Shown piece after piece: positions 49,915 to 60,907 of a DNA stretch of 64,000 nt. The stretch's first letter is position 1. Every line of letters starts with the position of its first letter. The translations under genes were made by a program, and so were the position numbers. The stretch is from a virus. The DNA lies in the IMG/VR virus record IMGVR_UViG_3300032215_000682, positions 51,637 through 115,636 of that record; one strand, 5' to 3'. The notes beneath the pieces are model-generated. The model ran no database searches and had not been told where the DNA came from. It saw only the letters and a list, made by a program, of their open reading frames with translations.

Positions 49915-51717
49915 TTGGAGAAGATAGTATATGACATTGAAAGTTATAAGAACTTCTTTTGTTGTACATGTCTTAATTTAGAAAATAATGATAAACAAAT
50001 ATTTATCATTGATGAAAAAATTAACAATTATGAACAATTAAAGAAGTTCTTTTTTCAAAAATGCTTTATTGGTTATAATAACAAAGGATATGATGATGTT
50101 ATTATTAATTACATTTTAACAGAAAAAATAATGTGTCCTTATAAAATAAATGATTTTTCAAATTTAATTATTCAAACAAAAGATAATTATGAAGAAATTA
50201 AATATTATAAGTATAATAATAATTATAAAAGTGTTGATTTAATGACACATTTGTTTTCTAAAGCTCTTAGAGTAGGGCTTAAAGAATTAGAAGTGAGTAT
50301 GAACTATGAAAATGTACAAGAACTTCCTATAGCTTATGATGCTATATTAACAGAAGATGAAAAACAACAGATTATAGAATACAATTTAAATGATGTTTTG
50401 GCTACTAAGATGTTAGCTGAAAAATGTAAAGATTCTTTAAAACTTAGAGAAGCTATTAAACAAGAATTTGGTTTAGATTGTTATTCAAAAGATGGTGTTG
50501 GTATTGGTAAAGATTTACTTTCTAAATTATATTGTGAAAGATTGAATTTAAAATATAAAGATATAAAAGAATTAAGAACTTATAATCAAGAAATTAAATT
50601 TAAAGATATAATCAGTGATAGAATTAAATTTTCTTCTAAAGAATTTAATAATTTATTAAAAACACTAATAAATACAAATATAACAACAACTAAAGATGCT
50701 TTAGATTATAAAATATTATATAAAAATGTAATGTTTGTATATGGGACTGGGGGTTTGCATAGTAAAGATGGACCTGCTTATATCATACCTAAAGATGATG
50801 AAATATTACAAGATCTAGATATTTCTAGTTTATATCCAAGTATATTAATTGAATATGGCTTTAAACCAGCTCATTTAAGACCTGAATTTTTAGAAATATA
50901 TAAACAAGTAAGAGATGATAGAATAAAAGCTAAAAAAGAAGGAAATAAACTTATTTCAGAAACTTATAAATTACTTTTAAATTCTAGTTATGGTTTATTA
51001 TTAAATTCTTATTCATGGCTTTTTGATACAAAGTCTGCAATGGGGATCACTATAAATGGACAATTATTTTTAACAATGTTAGCTGAAAAACTATTAGATA
51101 ATAGTATTCAAATAGTATCAATTAATACAGATGGTATAACATGTTTATTTAAAAAATCTCAGTTAGAACAATATTATCAAATATGTAAAGAATGGGAACA
51201 ACTAACAAAATTGGAAATTGAATATACAGAATATCAAAAAATATTTAGAAGAAATGTTAATACATATTTTGCTTTATTAAAAAATGGAAAAGTAAAAGAA
51301 AAAGGAGAATTTCTTACTACTCCAGTGTTAGGTAAAGGATATAATTCCTTTATAATTCCAATAGCTTTAAAAGAATATTTTATTAATAATATTCCTATTG
51401 AAAAAACAATTGTTTCTCATAAAAATATTTATAATTTCTGTAATATGCAAAAGATTGATAAGAAATTTAAAGTAGTATGGAATAATAAAAAACAACAAAG
51501 AATTAATAGATATTATGTTTCTAATAAAGGAGCATATTTGTATAAAATTGATGGACAAAAAACAATAAATATGTTATCTGGATGGGGTGTTCAGATATTT
51601 AATAAATTTGAATATAAAGAGAATTTTGAAGAATATGATGTTAATTATAAATATTATATTTCTGAGACAAATAAAATATTAAATGAAATATGTCCTAAAC
51701 AATTAAATTTATTTTAA
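49915..51717 (+). CDS. polB: Family B DNA polymerase with 3'-5' exonuclease domain
   Basis: YDIES, GYN..YDD, YNLNDV; D.SSLYPS, K..LNSSYG, NTDG. Likely TTG start at 49915 (ORF track gives 49855). Confidence 0.9.
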   Translation: MEKIVYDIESYKNFFCCTCLNLENNDKQIFIIDEKINNYEQLKKFFFQKCFIGYNNKGYDDVIINYILTEKIMCPYKINDFSNLIIQTKDNYEEIKYYKYNNNYKSVDLMTHLFSKALRVGLKELEVSMNYENVQELPIAYDAILTEDEKQQIIEYNLNDVLATKMLAEKCKDSLKLREAIKQEFGLDCYSKDGVGIGKDLLSKLYCERLNLKYKDIKELRTYNQEIKFKDIISDRIKFSSKEFNNLLKTLINTNITTTKDALDYKILYKNVMFVYGTGGLHSKDGPAYIIPKDDEILQDLDISSLYPSILIEYGFKPAHLRPEFLEIYKQVRDDRIKAKKEGNKLISETYKLLLNSSYGLLLNSYSWLFDTKSAMGITINGQLFLTMLAEKLLDNSIQIVSINTDGITCLFKKSQLEQYYQICKEWEQLTKLEIEYTEYQKIFRRNVNTYFALLKNGKVKEKGEFLTTPVLGKGYNSFIIPIALKEYFINNIPIEKTIVSHKNIYNFCNMQKIDKKFKVVWNNKKQQRINRYYVSNKGAYLYKIDGQKTINMLSGWGVQIFNKFEYKENFEEYDVNYKYYISETNKILNEICPKQLNLF

Positions 51718-52376
51718 AATGAAACAAGAAAGAAAATTATATACATTAAGTGGGGAAGGAGATTCTATATTTTATATATCAGTAAATGATATTAATAATA
51801 AAGTGGTTTATTTTTCAAATATTAATAGAGAAGAAGAAGGTGATGCTGGATGGAAAAATAAAGAATGTGCTAAAGAAATAAATCCAGACTATTTAGAAAC
51901 TTATACAGTGACAAGAATTAAACCAAATTGTTGGGAAAAACATATAAAATGAATATAGAAATTAAAGGATGTAAAACTTGCCCATTTATAAAGTCTAGTA
52001 CAACATGGATGGATACTGAAATAGGATTTTGTAAATTAATTTTTTATTTAAATAATACTAAAAAAAGAACACTTAATTTAATAGAATATAATAAAGACAA
52101 GGTAGAATCTAAAAATAAAAAAACTTTAGATAATTGTCCATTAATTAATAAAAGTTTAACAATAGAATTAAAATGAAATACACAAAAGAAAATATAATAG
52201 GAATAGTATTTAAAGAGTTTAATAAAGCATTAAATCTTATAAATCAAATTTGTGAAAATGAAAAAGAAAAAAATTAAAAAGTATTTAAAATGGATAATAA
52301 TTATAGAGATAATTCATATTATTTATTCAACTATAGGTACTTATTATTTTATTGATTATATTTTAAATAAATAATT

Positions 52377-52784
52377 ATGGAAGAAGTATGTATAAAGTTT
52401 GAAACTAGTAAATTAGCTAAAGAAAAAAATTTTCATTGGGATCAATTAATTTTACCTGATTATAAAATTATTAAAGGTGTAAAACTACCCAGAGGAGGAT
52501 ACACTTGTTATGATAAAAATGGTAAAGAGATTTGTCCTAAAAGATATAATGCTAATAATTTTCATTATTCTAGACCTACACAAGCACTACTAGCTAAATG
52601 GTTAAGAGAAGTTCATAATATTCACATAGAAATACATTATTTTACTAATCAACCTGTAGGTGATGAAAATTGGGAACATGCTTATCAATGCTTTATTGAT
52701 AATAAAGATATTCATCTTTATTTTAAAACTTATGAAAAAGCTTTAGAGGTTGGATTATTTAATGCACTTAAATTAATAAAATGA
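52377..52784 (+). CDS. Hypothetical Bacteroidota-phage protein
   Basis: FETSKLAKEK, PTQALLAKWLRE.HNIHI and TYE.ALE.GL motifs. Confidence 0.65.
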   Translation: MEEVCIKFETSKLAKEKNFHWDQLILPDYKIIKGVKLPRGGYTCYDKNGKEICPKRYNANNFHYSRPTQALLAKWLREVHNIHIEIHYFTNQPVGDENWEHAYQCFIDNKDIHLYFKTYEKALEVGLFNALKLIK

Positions 52785-53314
52785 ATAAATCAAAATGTTG
52801 TGGGAAAGATTTAAGAAAAGTCCAATATGGAACTATATGTTCTAATTGTCTTTTAGTATCTAAATCAAAATTAAACACTAGACTATTTTTCATTATAGGC
52901 TTTTTAAGCATTATAATGTTAGGAGCTAATACTAGTATTAAAAATAATACATTTAAGTCTGTAATAGTCTATAATGAAGTAATTAAGGACACTACAGACA
53001 TTACTCCATGTGATTCAGATATTATACACCAATTACAGAAAGATTCTTGTATGTTCATAGACATGGGAATAATCCAAGCTCACATAGAAACTGGATGGTA
53101 TACTAGTACTATAATGAAAGAAAATAAAAACTTATTTGGACTTCGTTGTAACTGTAAATATACATCAGGATATATAAATGGACATTCTAAATATAATTCC
53201 TATATCAATTGTTGTAAATGTTATGTAGAATTTACAAATAAATATTGGAAAGAATATTGCAATAATTATGCTGAAAACAAGAATTATTATAAAACAATTA
53301 AATTAATGAAATGA
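52781..53314 (+). CDS. Membrane-anchored glucosaminidase (GH73-like)
   Basis: TM helix, then QAHIETGW..S....NKNLFGL and YAE...Y. Confidence 0.7.
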   Translation: MNKSKCCGKDLRKVQYGTICSNCLLVSKSKLNTRLFFIIGFLSIIMLGANTSIKNNTFKSVIVYNEVIKDTTDITPCDSDIIHQLQKDSCMFIDMGIIQAHIETGWYTSTIMKENKNLFGLRCNCKYTSGYINGHSKYNSYINCCKCYVEFTNKYWKEYCNNYAENKNYYKTIKLMK

Positions 53315-53631
53315 AATTTCAAATAAATAACACAGACATATCTATCAAATTCCATCATGAGAATAATACTAACAGTCTAAATAAAAATGAAACTAAAAGT
53401 ACAAAACCATCTTTTACCATTTGTACTATACAGGTTGATAATAGAAAATATACTGGAAAAGCTCAATTACATAAAGGTGATAACTTTTCCAAGAGCTTTG
53501 GTAGATTAAAATCACTAAAAAGAGCTTTAACTTTAGATAAAGATGAAAATGGTAAAATTATTTCATATCTTACTAAAGATGAAAGAAATAAACTGTACCA
53601 GCAATATTTCACTCAATGTAAAATTAAATAA
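53311..53631 (+). CDS. Hypothetical protein
   Basis: G.A..H..DNFSK..GR..SL.RAL phage motif. Confidence 0.6.
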   Translation: MKFQINNTDISIKFHHENNTNSLNKNETKSTKPSFTICTIQVDNRKYTGKAQLHKGDNFSKSFGRLKSLKRALTLDKDENGKIISYLTKDERNKLYQQYFTQCKIK

Positions 53632-54608
53632 AATGATAATAACAATAATGTCAATAATGTTAATAATAATCGGATTAGGAATGTTATATTACACATTAAG
53701 TACAATGTATGATTCTTTTGGACTCACTGTATTCTTTGGAGAAATTGGTTTAGGAGCAATAATTCTTGGATTTATGTTGTTTGGAGATGTTTTTTATAAA
53801 AAAGGTTATGAAAAAAGTCAAATAGATTATGCTAATGGTGAAATAAAAATTGAAAAAGAATTAAAAATAATTTATTACACAAAATGAAAACAACACTTAA
53901 TCAATTATTAGAATGGATTAGAGAGAATCCAAAGTATCATGAAGATAAATGTTGGTATGTTAAAACAGAGGATTTAAATAAGAAAATCCAAGAACTAATT
54001 CCTGTAGAAAAAGAAATAATTGAGAATGCTTATGATAAAGGAAATTATGAAGAATATAAACATCGTTATAGTTTAGGAGATAGTGTGTATAAAAATTCAG
54101 AAGATTATTATAATAAAACATTTAAAGATGAAGAAAAATAAATCAATCAAATGGTGTTTTAATTACTTTCTAATAGGTTTTATTAATAATCTAAGAAGTT
54201 ACTTCAAAGATAAGAATAATAATGCCTACAGAGCATATAAAGCATCAAGAGAACCAAAAGTAATTACTATTAATCCTGATGGATGGGAAAGTTTTTCAGA
54301 AATGGAAAGATTGGAACAAATTTCAGAATCTTTATTAGAAAATAAATTAATAATGCAGAAATGATAATAACTATAATAGTAGTAGTATTACTAATATATT
54401 ATATAAATAAAAAAAAATGAATAAAATTTTATGTTTTTTAGGAATACACAATATTAAATTTATTCTAACAAATAAACATGCAATTAAAAGGCCATGTTGT
54501 AAAAATTGTAGAAAAATCTATACATGGAAACAATATTATTTAAAGAGCAATATTATTTAGAAATAGAAAGAAATAAACAAGAATTAGAATTATTAAAAAA
54601 AATAGAAA

Positions 54609-55073
54609 ATGGAAATAAAATTTCAAGGGAAATATTGGGAAGATGGCAAACAAAAGGAATTTTCAAATCTTACACAAGAAGAGTTGTTAGAAAAAGTAGA
54701 TGATGACATAGATAATATAGAAAATCTCATTATATCTATTAAGCTTGATGGTAGACATAATATTTTTGATGTGAGACAAAATTGGTCTAATTGTGGAATT
54801 CTAGATATTAGAAATTTCTTTGCAGGATCATCAGGGAGATATGATGAGCCATACACAGAGCAACAAATTAAAGGATTAGTAAGCACAATTGAACAACTTA
54901 CACCAGATTTTGATTTAACAGGTAATTTTTTAATGGGGACAATTAATGAAGATCAAAAAATAGAAATTGGGGATGATTTTGAAAAATGTGGCTGGAATAT
55001 TACAGAATTATTTACTAATGATAATGGAGGAAATGTTTGTTATTTAATTACTAAAAAATTATTTGAAGAATAA
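54609..55073 (+). CDS. Hypothetical protein
   Basis: 154-aa ORF. Confidence 0.6.
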   Translation: MEIKFQGKYWEDGKQKEFSNLTQEELLEKVDDDIDNIENLIISIKLDGRHNIFDVRQNWSNCGILDIRNFFAGSSGRYDEPYTEQQIKGLVSTIEQLTPDFDLTGNFLMGTINEDQKIEIGDDFEKCGWNITELFTNDNGGNVCYLITKKLFEE

Positions 55074-55441
55074 TGGTAAAAAGTAAATTAGATTTTGTAA
55101 ATGATAAAGAAAAATTATTTGATATTTTAAGAGAAATTCCAACAGCAAAAACTTGTCATGGAGAAGCATCTTTTAGTTATTCTTTTAAATTAGAAGATGG
55201 ATCAACATTACAAATTGGACAATCAGATGATGATGTATCAGAACCACATTTTTGTTTCTTTCATTGGTGGAAAAAAGATTGAAAATGAGCAGTAAAGAAA
55301 GATTAAAGAAAACAGAAGGTTATTATGAAATGGCAGCTTTAGTAACACAATGGTATAAAAAAGATAAAGTAATTAAAAAGTCTTTATTTATTAAATTTAA
55401 AGAATGGTTAAATAAAATATTGAAAAATTAATTAAGAAATT

Positions 55442-55651
55442 ATGACAGAAAGAGATTTTGTATATTGGCTTCAGGGATATTTTGAAATTTGTGACACTGA
55501 TAAACTTACTGAAAATCAAGTGGTAATTATAAAAAACCATTTAAATTTAGTATTTCATCATACAATTGATAATCAATATAAAGAACCTGAAAAGGCTCAA
55601 AGAATACATGATGAAGGTAGATTTAATTCTGATAGAAGAATTAAATGTTGA
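55442..55651 (+). CDS. Conserved small phage protein
   Basis: MT..DF.YWLQGYFE motif. Confidence 0.65.
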   Translation: MTERDFVYWLQGYFEICDTDKLTENQVVIIKNHLNLVFHHTIDNQYKEPEKAQRIHDEGRFNSDRRIKC

Positions 55652-55671
55652 AGGTAAGAAAACAAAAATAA

Positions 55672-56310
55672 TTGTTAAAAACAATAAAAAAGAATGTCTT
55701 AGATGTATATAACATCTCAATGGATCAATTATTAATAATTGAGCTTTTATTTTTTAAAGAATATATTGAACTAGAAAGCTATATTACAAGACTTGTACAA
55801 AATTATGATGTTATAATGCAAAATCTTTTTAGAAGAGATTTTATTAAACTTTATAACACTAATATTTCAGGATATAAGCATGTTAGAAATATATATTTAA
55901 GTTTGAAAGGAGAGAATGTTATAAAAACATTAAGAGATGTTAAATTTGAAGAAGGAGATGGAGAAATTATCATTACAGTGGAAACCTATTTTAATGAATT
56001 CTGGGACACTTTTCCAGCTAGTGATAAGAATCCTCCATTTCCTCCTACAAGAAGCCTTAAAGCTGATAAGAATGGCTGTAATAAGAAGTATGTAAAGCTA
56101 TTAATGGAAGAAGGATATAAACATGAAGAAATAATAGAAGCTTTGAAATTTCAAATAGCTTTATTTAAGAAAAATTCTACAATGGTGGAAAATAAAATGA
56201 AATATTTCCAAAATAGCTCTACATGGCTTAATCAAAAAACATTTTTAGAATATCAAGAGCTTGCTAAATCTGAAAATATTGAAAATGAATCAAGAGGACT
56301 TATTTTATGA
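55672..56310 (+). CDS. Replication initiator / replisome organizer-like protein
   Basis: FNEFW..FP and Y....STWLNQ..F motifs; directly upstream of the helicase. Confidence 0.65.
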   Translation: MLKTIKKNVLDVYNISMDQLLIIELLFFKEYIELESYITRLVQNYDVIMQNLFRRDFIKLYNTNISGYKHVRNIYLSLKGENVIKTLRDVKFEEGDGEIIITVETYFNEFWDTFPASDKNPPFPPTRSLKADKNGCNKKYVKLLMEEGYKHEEIIEALKFQIALFKKNSTMVENKMKYFQNSSTWLNQKTFLEYQELAKSENIENESRGLIL

Positions 56311-57515
56311 ATCATTATTTTCAAGAAGCACAAGATTTAGTAATAAGAGGTACAGAAGAAAAGTCTGAATATATTCCATTAACAAAACATCCATTAAGTG
56401 ATGAGCTTTCTAAATTAGGTAAACAAGTGACAATTGGTAAGAGCCAGTACATATTATTAGGAGGCCAAAGTGGGGCAGGTAAGACAGCGATAGTTGACAG
56501 TCAATTTGTTTTAAATACTTATTTTTGGTGGAGAAGGCATAAAGAAACAGCTAATAATAGTTTATATTATATTTACAGATCAATGGAAAGACCAGTAAAG
56601 TATAAAATACTGAAATGGATGGCATATTTAATGTATGTTGAGCATGGAATATTAACAGACACAGCAATATTAGCTGGAAAACCTAATAGAAGAAGGGATA
56701 TAACAAAACAAGAAATTAAATTAATTGGAGAATATGAAAAATTCTTTGATGAATTTTTTGAACACATTGAACTTTTTAATGGTGGTGAAAATCCAACAGG
56801 TATTAGAAATACAGCTATGAAAATAGCTTTTGAGAAAGGTAAACTTGTTACAAGCAGAGAAGATGGTGTTTATATTAATAATGTAAAAGCTGCTTCCTAT
56901 TCTAATAAAAGTAATGGTGAAAAAAGAGAAAAGCTTTATGCTGATGTCACTATTAATAATGTTCCTTATAGACATTATGAATTTACAAAAAAATATTTTG
57001 CTAACAATCCTAAAGAAATTGTATTTCATATAACAGATCACTGTGGAAAAATTATTGCTGAAAGAGGTATGAATGATAAACAAACCCTGGATAAACATAG
57101 TGAATACATGGGAGAAATGAGGGATATTTTTGAATGGAATATAATTGATATTCAACAATTAAATAGAGGACTTACAGATGTTTATAGAAAAATGAATACA
57201 GAACTTGATGTAGGCCCTGAAGATTTCTCAGGAACAAGTGACCTATACCAGAACTGTGATTTAGCTATTGGTCTATTAAACCCATATAAACTTGATGTTT
57301 ATGATTATTGTAAATATCAAATCAAAAAGCTTGTAAGTGACAGTGGAGAAAACCGTTTTAGAGGATTGAAGGTAATAAAAAATTCAGATGGTATAGATGA
57401 TTTTAGAATAGGATATATGTTTGTTGGTGAGAATGGAATGATGCTAGAACTCCCACAAGCAAAAGACCTAACTGATGCTGATTATCAGAAAATTAGAGAG
57501 GCTAAATACATTTAG
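56307..57515 (+). CDS. DnaB-like replicative helicase
   Basis: GQSGAGKT, SME, TDH, QQLNR and KVIKN motifs. Confidence 0.8.
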   Translation: MNHYFQEAQDLVIRGTEEKSEYIPLTKHPLSDELSKLGKQVTIGKSQYILLGGQSGAGKTAIVDSQFVLNTYFWWRRHKETANNSLYYIYRSMERPVKYKILKWMAYLMYVEHGILTDTAILAGKPNRRRDITKQEIKLIGEYEKFFDEFFEHIELFNGGENPTGIRNTAMKIAFEKGKLVTSREDGVYINNVKAASYSNKSNGEKREKLYADVTINNVPYRHYEFTKKYFANNPKEIVFHITDHCGKIIAERGMNDKQTLDKHSEYMGEMRDIFEWNIIDIQQLNRGLTDVYRKMNTELDVGPEDFSGTSDLYQNCDLAIGLLNPYKLDVYDYCKYQIKKLVSDSGENRFRGLKVIKNSDGIDDFRIGYMFVGENGMMLELPQAKDLTDADYQKIREAKYI

Positions 57516-57590
57516 AGGCTAAATGTGTAACAAAAAGTGAGAATAAATAGCTGTGAAGCTATATTTGAATGATGATTAAAGTGTGGAGAA

Positions 57591-57911
57591 ATGTTTTATA
57601 CAAATAAGGTAGCAGCCTATGAAAAAATAAATGATGTCATAAAAAGTGGTGGCATTATGTGCATGAGAGAAATTGGAAGAAATGGTGTAGTGGGTAAAAT
57701 CATTGGTGTTAGTTATACAGAAGAAGGACTTAGGGGAATTGCTAATAAATCAAGCAAATATCCTTATTCTGGTGTAAATAATATTAAAGATGCTTACAAA
57801 GCACCAAAAGCTTCTAATATTAAAGTGGAAAAATTTATTCCAAGTGACATTCCTTCAAAAGAAGAAGTGTTGTGGATAGATAAGAGTTATAGACTATTGA
57901 ATATACGTTAA
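57591..57911 (+). CDS. Hypothetical protein
   Basis: 106-aa ORF. Confidence 0.55.
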   Translation: MFYTNKVAAYEKINDVIKSGGIMCMREIGRNGVVGKIIGVSYTEEGLRGIANKSSKYPYSGVNNIKDAYKAPKASNIKVEKFIPSDIPSKEEVLWIDKSYRLLNIR

Positions 57912-57920
57912 AAAACAAAA

Positions 57921-58703
57921 ATGGATTTACCATTTACTCCTGTAGTAGGAGAACAAAAAAATGCAAGAAAACTTCTTATTTTTTCACAAACTAAAGTGGG
58001 TAAAACAACAGCCCTATCAATGCTTCCTAATAATCTTATTATAGATTTGGAAGATGGTAGTGATTTTGTTGGAGGACTTAGAATAAATGTGAGAAAAGAA
58101 GCAGCTTTACAAGGAAAGAAGCCTTTAGATATAATTGTAGATATATCTAATAGTATTAAAAAAGAGAATGAAAAACAAGGAAAACATGTTTATGATTATA
58201 TATCTCTTGATACATCTACAGCATTAGAAGAAGAAGCTAGAAAATATGCAGTGGAATTATATAAAAGAACCTTAATGGGAAATAAATTCACTGGTACAGA
58301 TGTAGTTACAGAACTTCCTAATGGCGCAGGTTATAATTTTTTAAGAAATGCTTTTGATAAAATATATTCTTTATTTGAAGGTCTTCCTGGAATTTGTTTA
58401 ATATTATCTTGTCATATAAAAATGACAGCAATATCAAAAGAAGGAAAGGATTTTCAAGCAAATGATATTTTATTAACAGGTAAATTAAAATCTCAGGTGT
58501 GTGCAGATGCAGATGCAATAGGATATATGTACAGAGATAAAGAAAATCCACTAAAAACAATGATTTCATTTAAAACAAATGAACTTGATTTAGTTAGTGG
58601 TGCAAGACCAGAACATTTAAAACAAAAAGAATTTACATTATTAGAATATAATCCTAATACAAAGGAAATGAAAGCTAATTGGGAAGAGATTTTTTTAAAA
58701 TAA
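57921..58703 (+). CDS. AAA_24 / Sak4-like ATPase
   Basis: QTKVGKTT, IIDLEDGS, LPNGAGY, ADAIGY and GARPEHL motifs. Confidence 0.8.
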   Translation: MDLPFTPVVGEQKNARKLLIFSQTKVGKTTALSMLPNNLIIDLEDGSDFVGGLRINVRKEAALQGKKPLDIIVDISNSIKKENEKQGKHVYDYISLDTSTALEEEARKYAVELYKRTLMGNKFTGTDVVTELPNGAGYNFLRNAFDKIYSLFEGLPGICLILSCHIKMTAISKEGKDFQANDILLTGKLKSQVCADADAIGYMYRDKENPLKTMISFKTNELDLVSGARPEHLKQKEFTLLEYNPNTKEMKANWEEIFLK

Positions 58704-58707
58704 TATT

Positions 58708-59511
58708 ATGAATAGAAATGATAGAGACAAACTTGTAAAAGAAAGGTTTTTAGAAAAATATGTAGAAATAGTGCTAGATTTACAAGGTATGAATGGGTAT
58801 ATAGGTAAAAAAGGAAAAGTAGTAGATATACAAGCAGGAGATCATAGCACTATGTTGAGAGTAGAAGGAGAAAATTTAAATATTTGGATGTATATTTCTG
58901 AAATAGAACTAATACCAGAAGAAGCCCCAATTCCTCATAAAGAAAAACAAATAACATTTCTACCTAAAACTATAGAGAATGTTGATGAATGGGGAAATTC
59001 TTATATTATACATTTGCTTCCAAATTCTGATGAAAAATTTATATATCTCTCAACAGCATTAAGAACCCTTCTTAATATTAAAGATGGGGAATATATAAGT
59101 TTTGCAGTGGATACAGAAAATAAATTGTATTATATTTGTAAAGAGAATGATAGTAATAATGGCTATAAAGTGGAGCATGGTAAAATAGAAAGTAATGTTG
59201 AATGGCGCAATCTTTATAATACATTTAATAATGAAAAAACAAAGCCTAATGATGGAAAATTAATATTACATGTTTCTCATTATGAAAGAGAGCAAGATGA
59301 ATTTCCAGATTATAGTTTGTTTCTTATAAATGAATCTTGGGAAATGGTCAAGAAAGCTAAAGATGTAAAAATTTCTGCAAAAAGCTATTTTGATAATGTT
59401 TATAAACCTCAAATAAAAATGGTAGATTGGGGAATAGATAATTTTGAAGTAGAAGTAGATAAAGCAGTAAACTTAATAGAAGAGCCTCAAATAGCAAGAA
59501 TTAGAAGATAA
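58708..59511 (+). CDS. Hypothetical protein
   Basis: 267-aa ORF in the replication operon. Confidence 0.6.
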   Translation: MNRNDRDKLVKERFLEKYVEIVLDLQGMNGYIGKKGKVVDIQAGDHSTMLRVEGENLNIWMYISEIELIPEEAPIPHKEKQITFLPKTIENVDEWGNSYIIHLLPNSDEKFIYLSTALRTLLNIKDGEYISFAVDTENKLYYICKENDSNNGYKVEHGKIESNVEWRNLYNTFNNEKTKPNDGKLILHVSHYEREQDEFPDYSLFLINESWEMVKKAKDVKISAKSYFDNVYKPQIKMVDWGIDNFEVEVDKAVNLIEEPQIARIRR

Positions 59512-59535
59512 TTGATAGTAAATTAAAAACAAAAA

Positions 59536-60129
59536 ATGAATTTTAACACAAAAACAGAAAAGACAACACAATGGACAAGTCCTAAATTTAATGTAGGATG
59601 GAATCAAGCTAAAATAGAAAATATTTCTATTAAAACAGCTACAACAGGTAAAAAACAATTGAAATTTCAAGTGTATGGCCCACCAATTACAACAGAAGGT
59701 TTTAAACCATTCATGAAAGCAGATAAGGTGACACCATATGCAGGACAATGTGGACTCATTCAAACATTCTATTTTGATGATACAAATGAAGAAGCTATGT
59801 CTAAAGTTATATCTCAAACCATCAATCCTATAGCTGTAGCTTTTGGTGTTAAAGAACAATTGGATGAAATTACATCATCAGGTGACATTACATCTCTTGA
59901 GAAATTTGTAGATGTGCTTAATAGGCTTTTCACTAATGAAGATCTTCCATATGTATGGATGAATTTTAGTGGTTCTGAATATGAAAAACCTGGCTCTACA
60001 TATCCTGGATATACACTTTCTTTTAGAAATATTGTTAAAGGAGAGCCTGATTTCACTAAAATGCCAGCAGGAATAATGAAAACTCTTGCTCCAAAAGCAG
60101 AAGATACATCAACTGATGTTGTTTTTTAA
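59536..60129 (+). CDS. Putative single-stranded DNA-binding protein
   Basis: Lies after the Sak4-like ATPase; OB-like strands and acidic C-terminal tail (EDTSTDVVF). Confidence 0.45.
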   Translation: MNFNTKTEKTTQWTSPKFNVGWNQAKIENISIKTATTGKKQLKFQVYGPPITTEGFKPFMKADKVTPYAGQCGLIQTFYFDDTNEEAMSKVISQTINPIAVAFGVKEQLDEITSSGDITSLEKFVDVLNRLFTNEDLPYVWMNFSGSEYEKPGSTYPGYTLSFRNIVKGEPDFTKMPAGIMKTLAPKAEDTSTDVVF

Positions 60130-60156
60130 ACATGTTGTATTTTAATTTTTAAATAA

Positions 60157-60188
60157 TAAAAGGGAGGAGAGAAATTTTCTCCCTTTTT
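60157..60188 (+). terminator. Intrinsic terminator
   Basis: AAAAGGG-AGGAGAGAAATTTTCTCC-CTTTTT hairpin with a U-tract. Confidence 0.65.
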
Positions 60189-60200
60189 AATTATATTTTT

Positions 60201-60614
60201 ATGAATGAACAAGAAATATTAGAAGGAAATAAAATATTAGCTGGATTTATGGAAATAGAAAAAGTAAATTTAACTCAATCTGATATTTATAGATTAACTT
60301 CTAGTCTTTATCATAGAATATTTACTAAAAATCATTGTAAATATTTAGATTTTGATAAATCATGGGATTGGTTAATACCTGTAGTAGAAAAAATAGAATC
60401 TATTAGAAATAAAAAATTTGGATGGTTTTGTGTCTACATAAATTCTAATAATTGTTCTATTCAAAGTAAATATTTATCTAAAGATATAGATGGAACACTT
60501 AATAAAACAATAAATGATGTTTTTTATACAGATTGGACATTAGACACAAAATTAGAGTCTGTATGGAAAGCATGTATATTATTTATAGAATTTTGGAATA
60601 AACAAGAAAAATAA
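60201..60614 (+). CDS. Hypothetical protein
   Basis: N..LA.FM and F..SWDWL.PVVEKIE motifs. Confidence 0.65.
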   Translation: MNEQEILEGNKILAGFMEIEKVNLTQSDIYRLTSSLYHRIFTKNHCKYLDFDKSWDWLIPVVEKIESIRNKKFGWFCVYINSNNCSIQSKYLSKDIDGTLNKTINDVFYTDWTLDTKLESVWKACILFIEFWNKQEK

Positions 60615-60907
60615 TGAAAGAATTTACATACAAATTTACACTTCCAGATATTACATTAAAAGTAACAGAAGAAAAATCTCATTGGAAAGCTTATTCTTTA
60701 AATATGGGAAACACTTATATAGGTTGTATGGGTTATGATTTTTATAACAAAACTGCTGATTTAAGTTTATATCTTCCTTTTACTACAAGTTATGAAGTGA
60801 ATTTAGAAAAACCAGAAGATATTATTAATGAAATTTATATTTTTATGGAAAATAAGTTAACATACTTTAAAGATGAAGGGATAATAAGTAAAAAAATAAA
60901 AAAATAA

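Noticed and set aside
57497-57524. Direct repeat AGAGGCTAAAT at the helicase 3' end
   Set aside because: A single short duplication with no associated mobile element; not interpretable.
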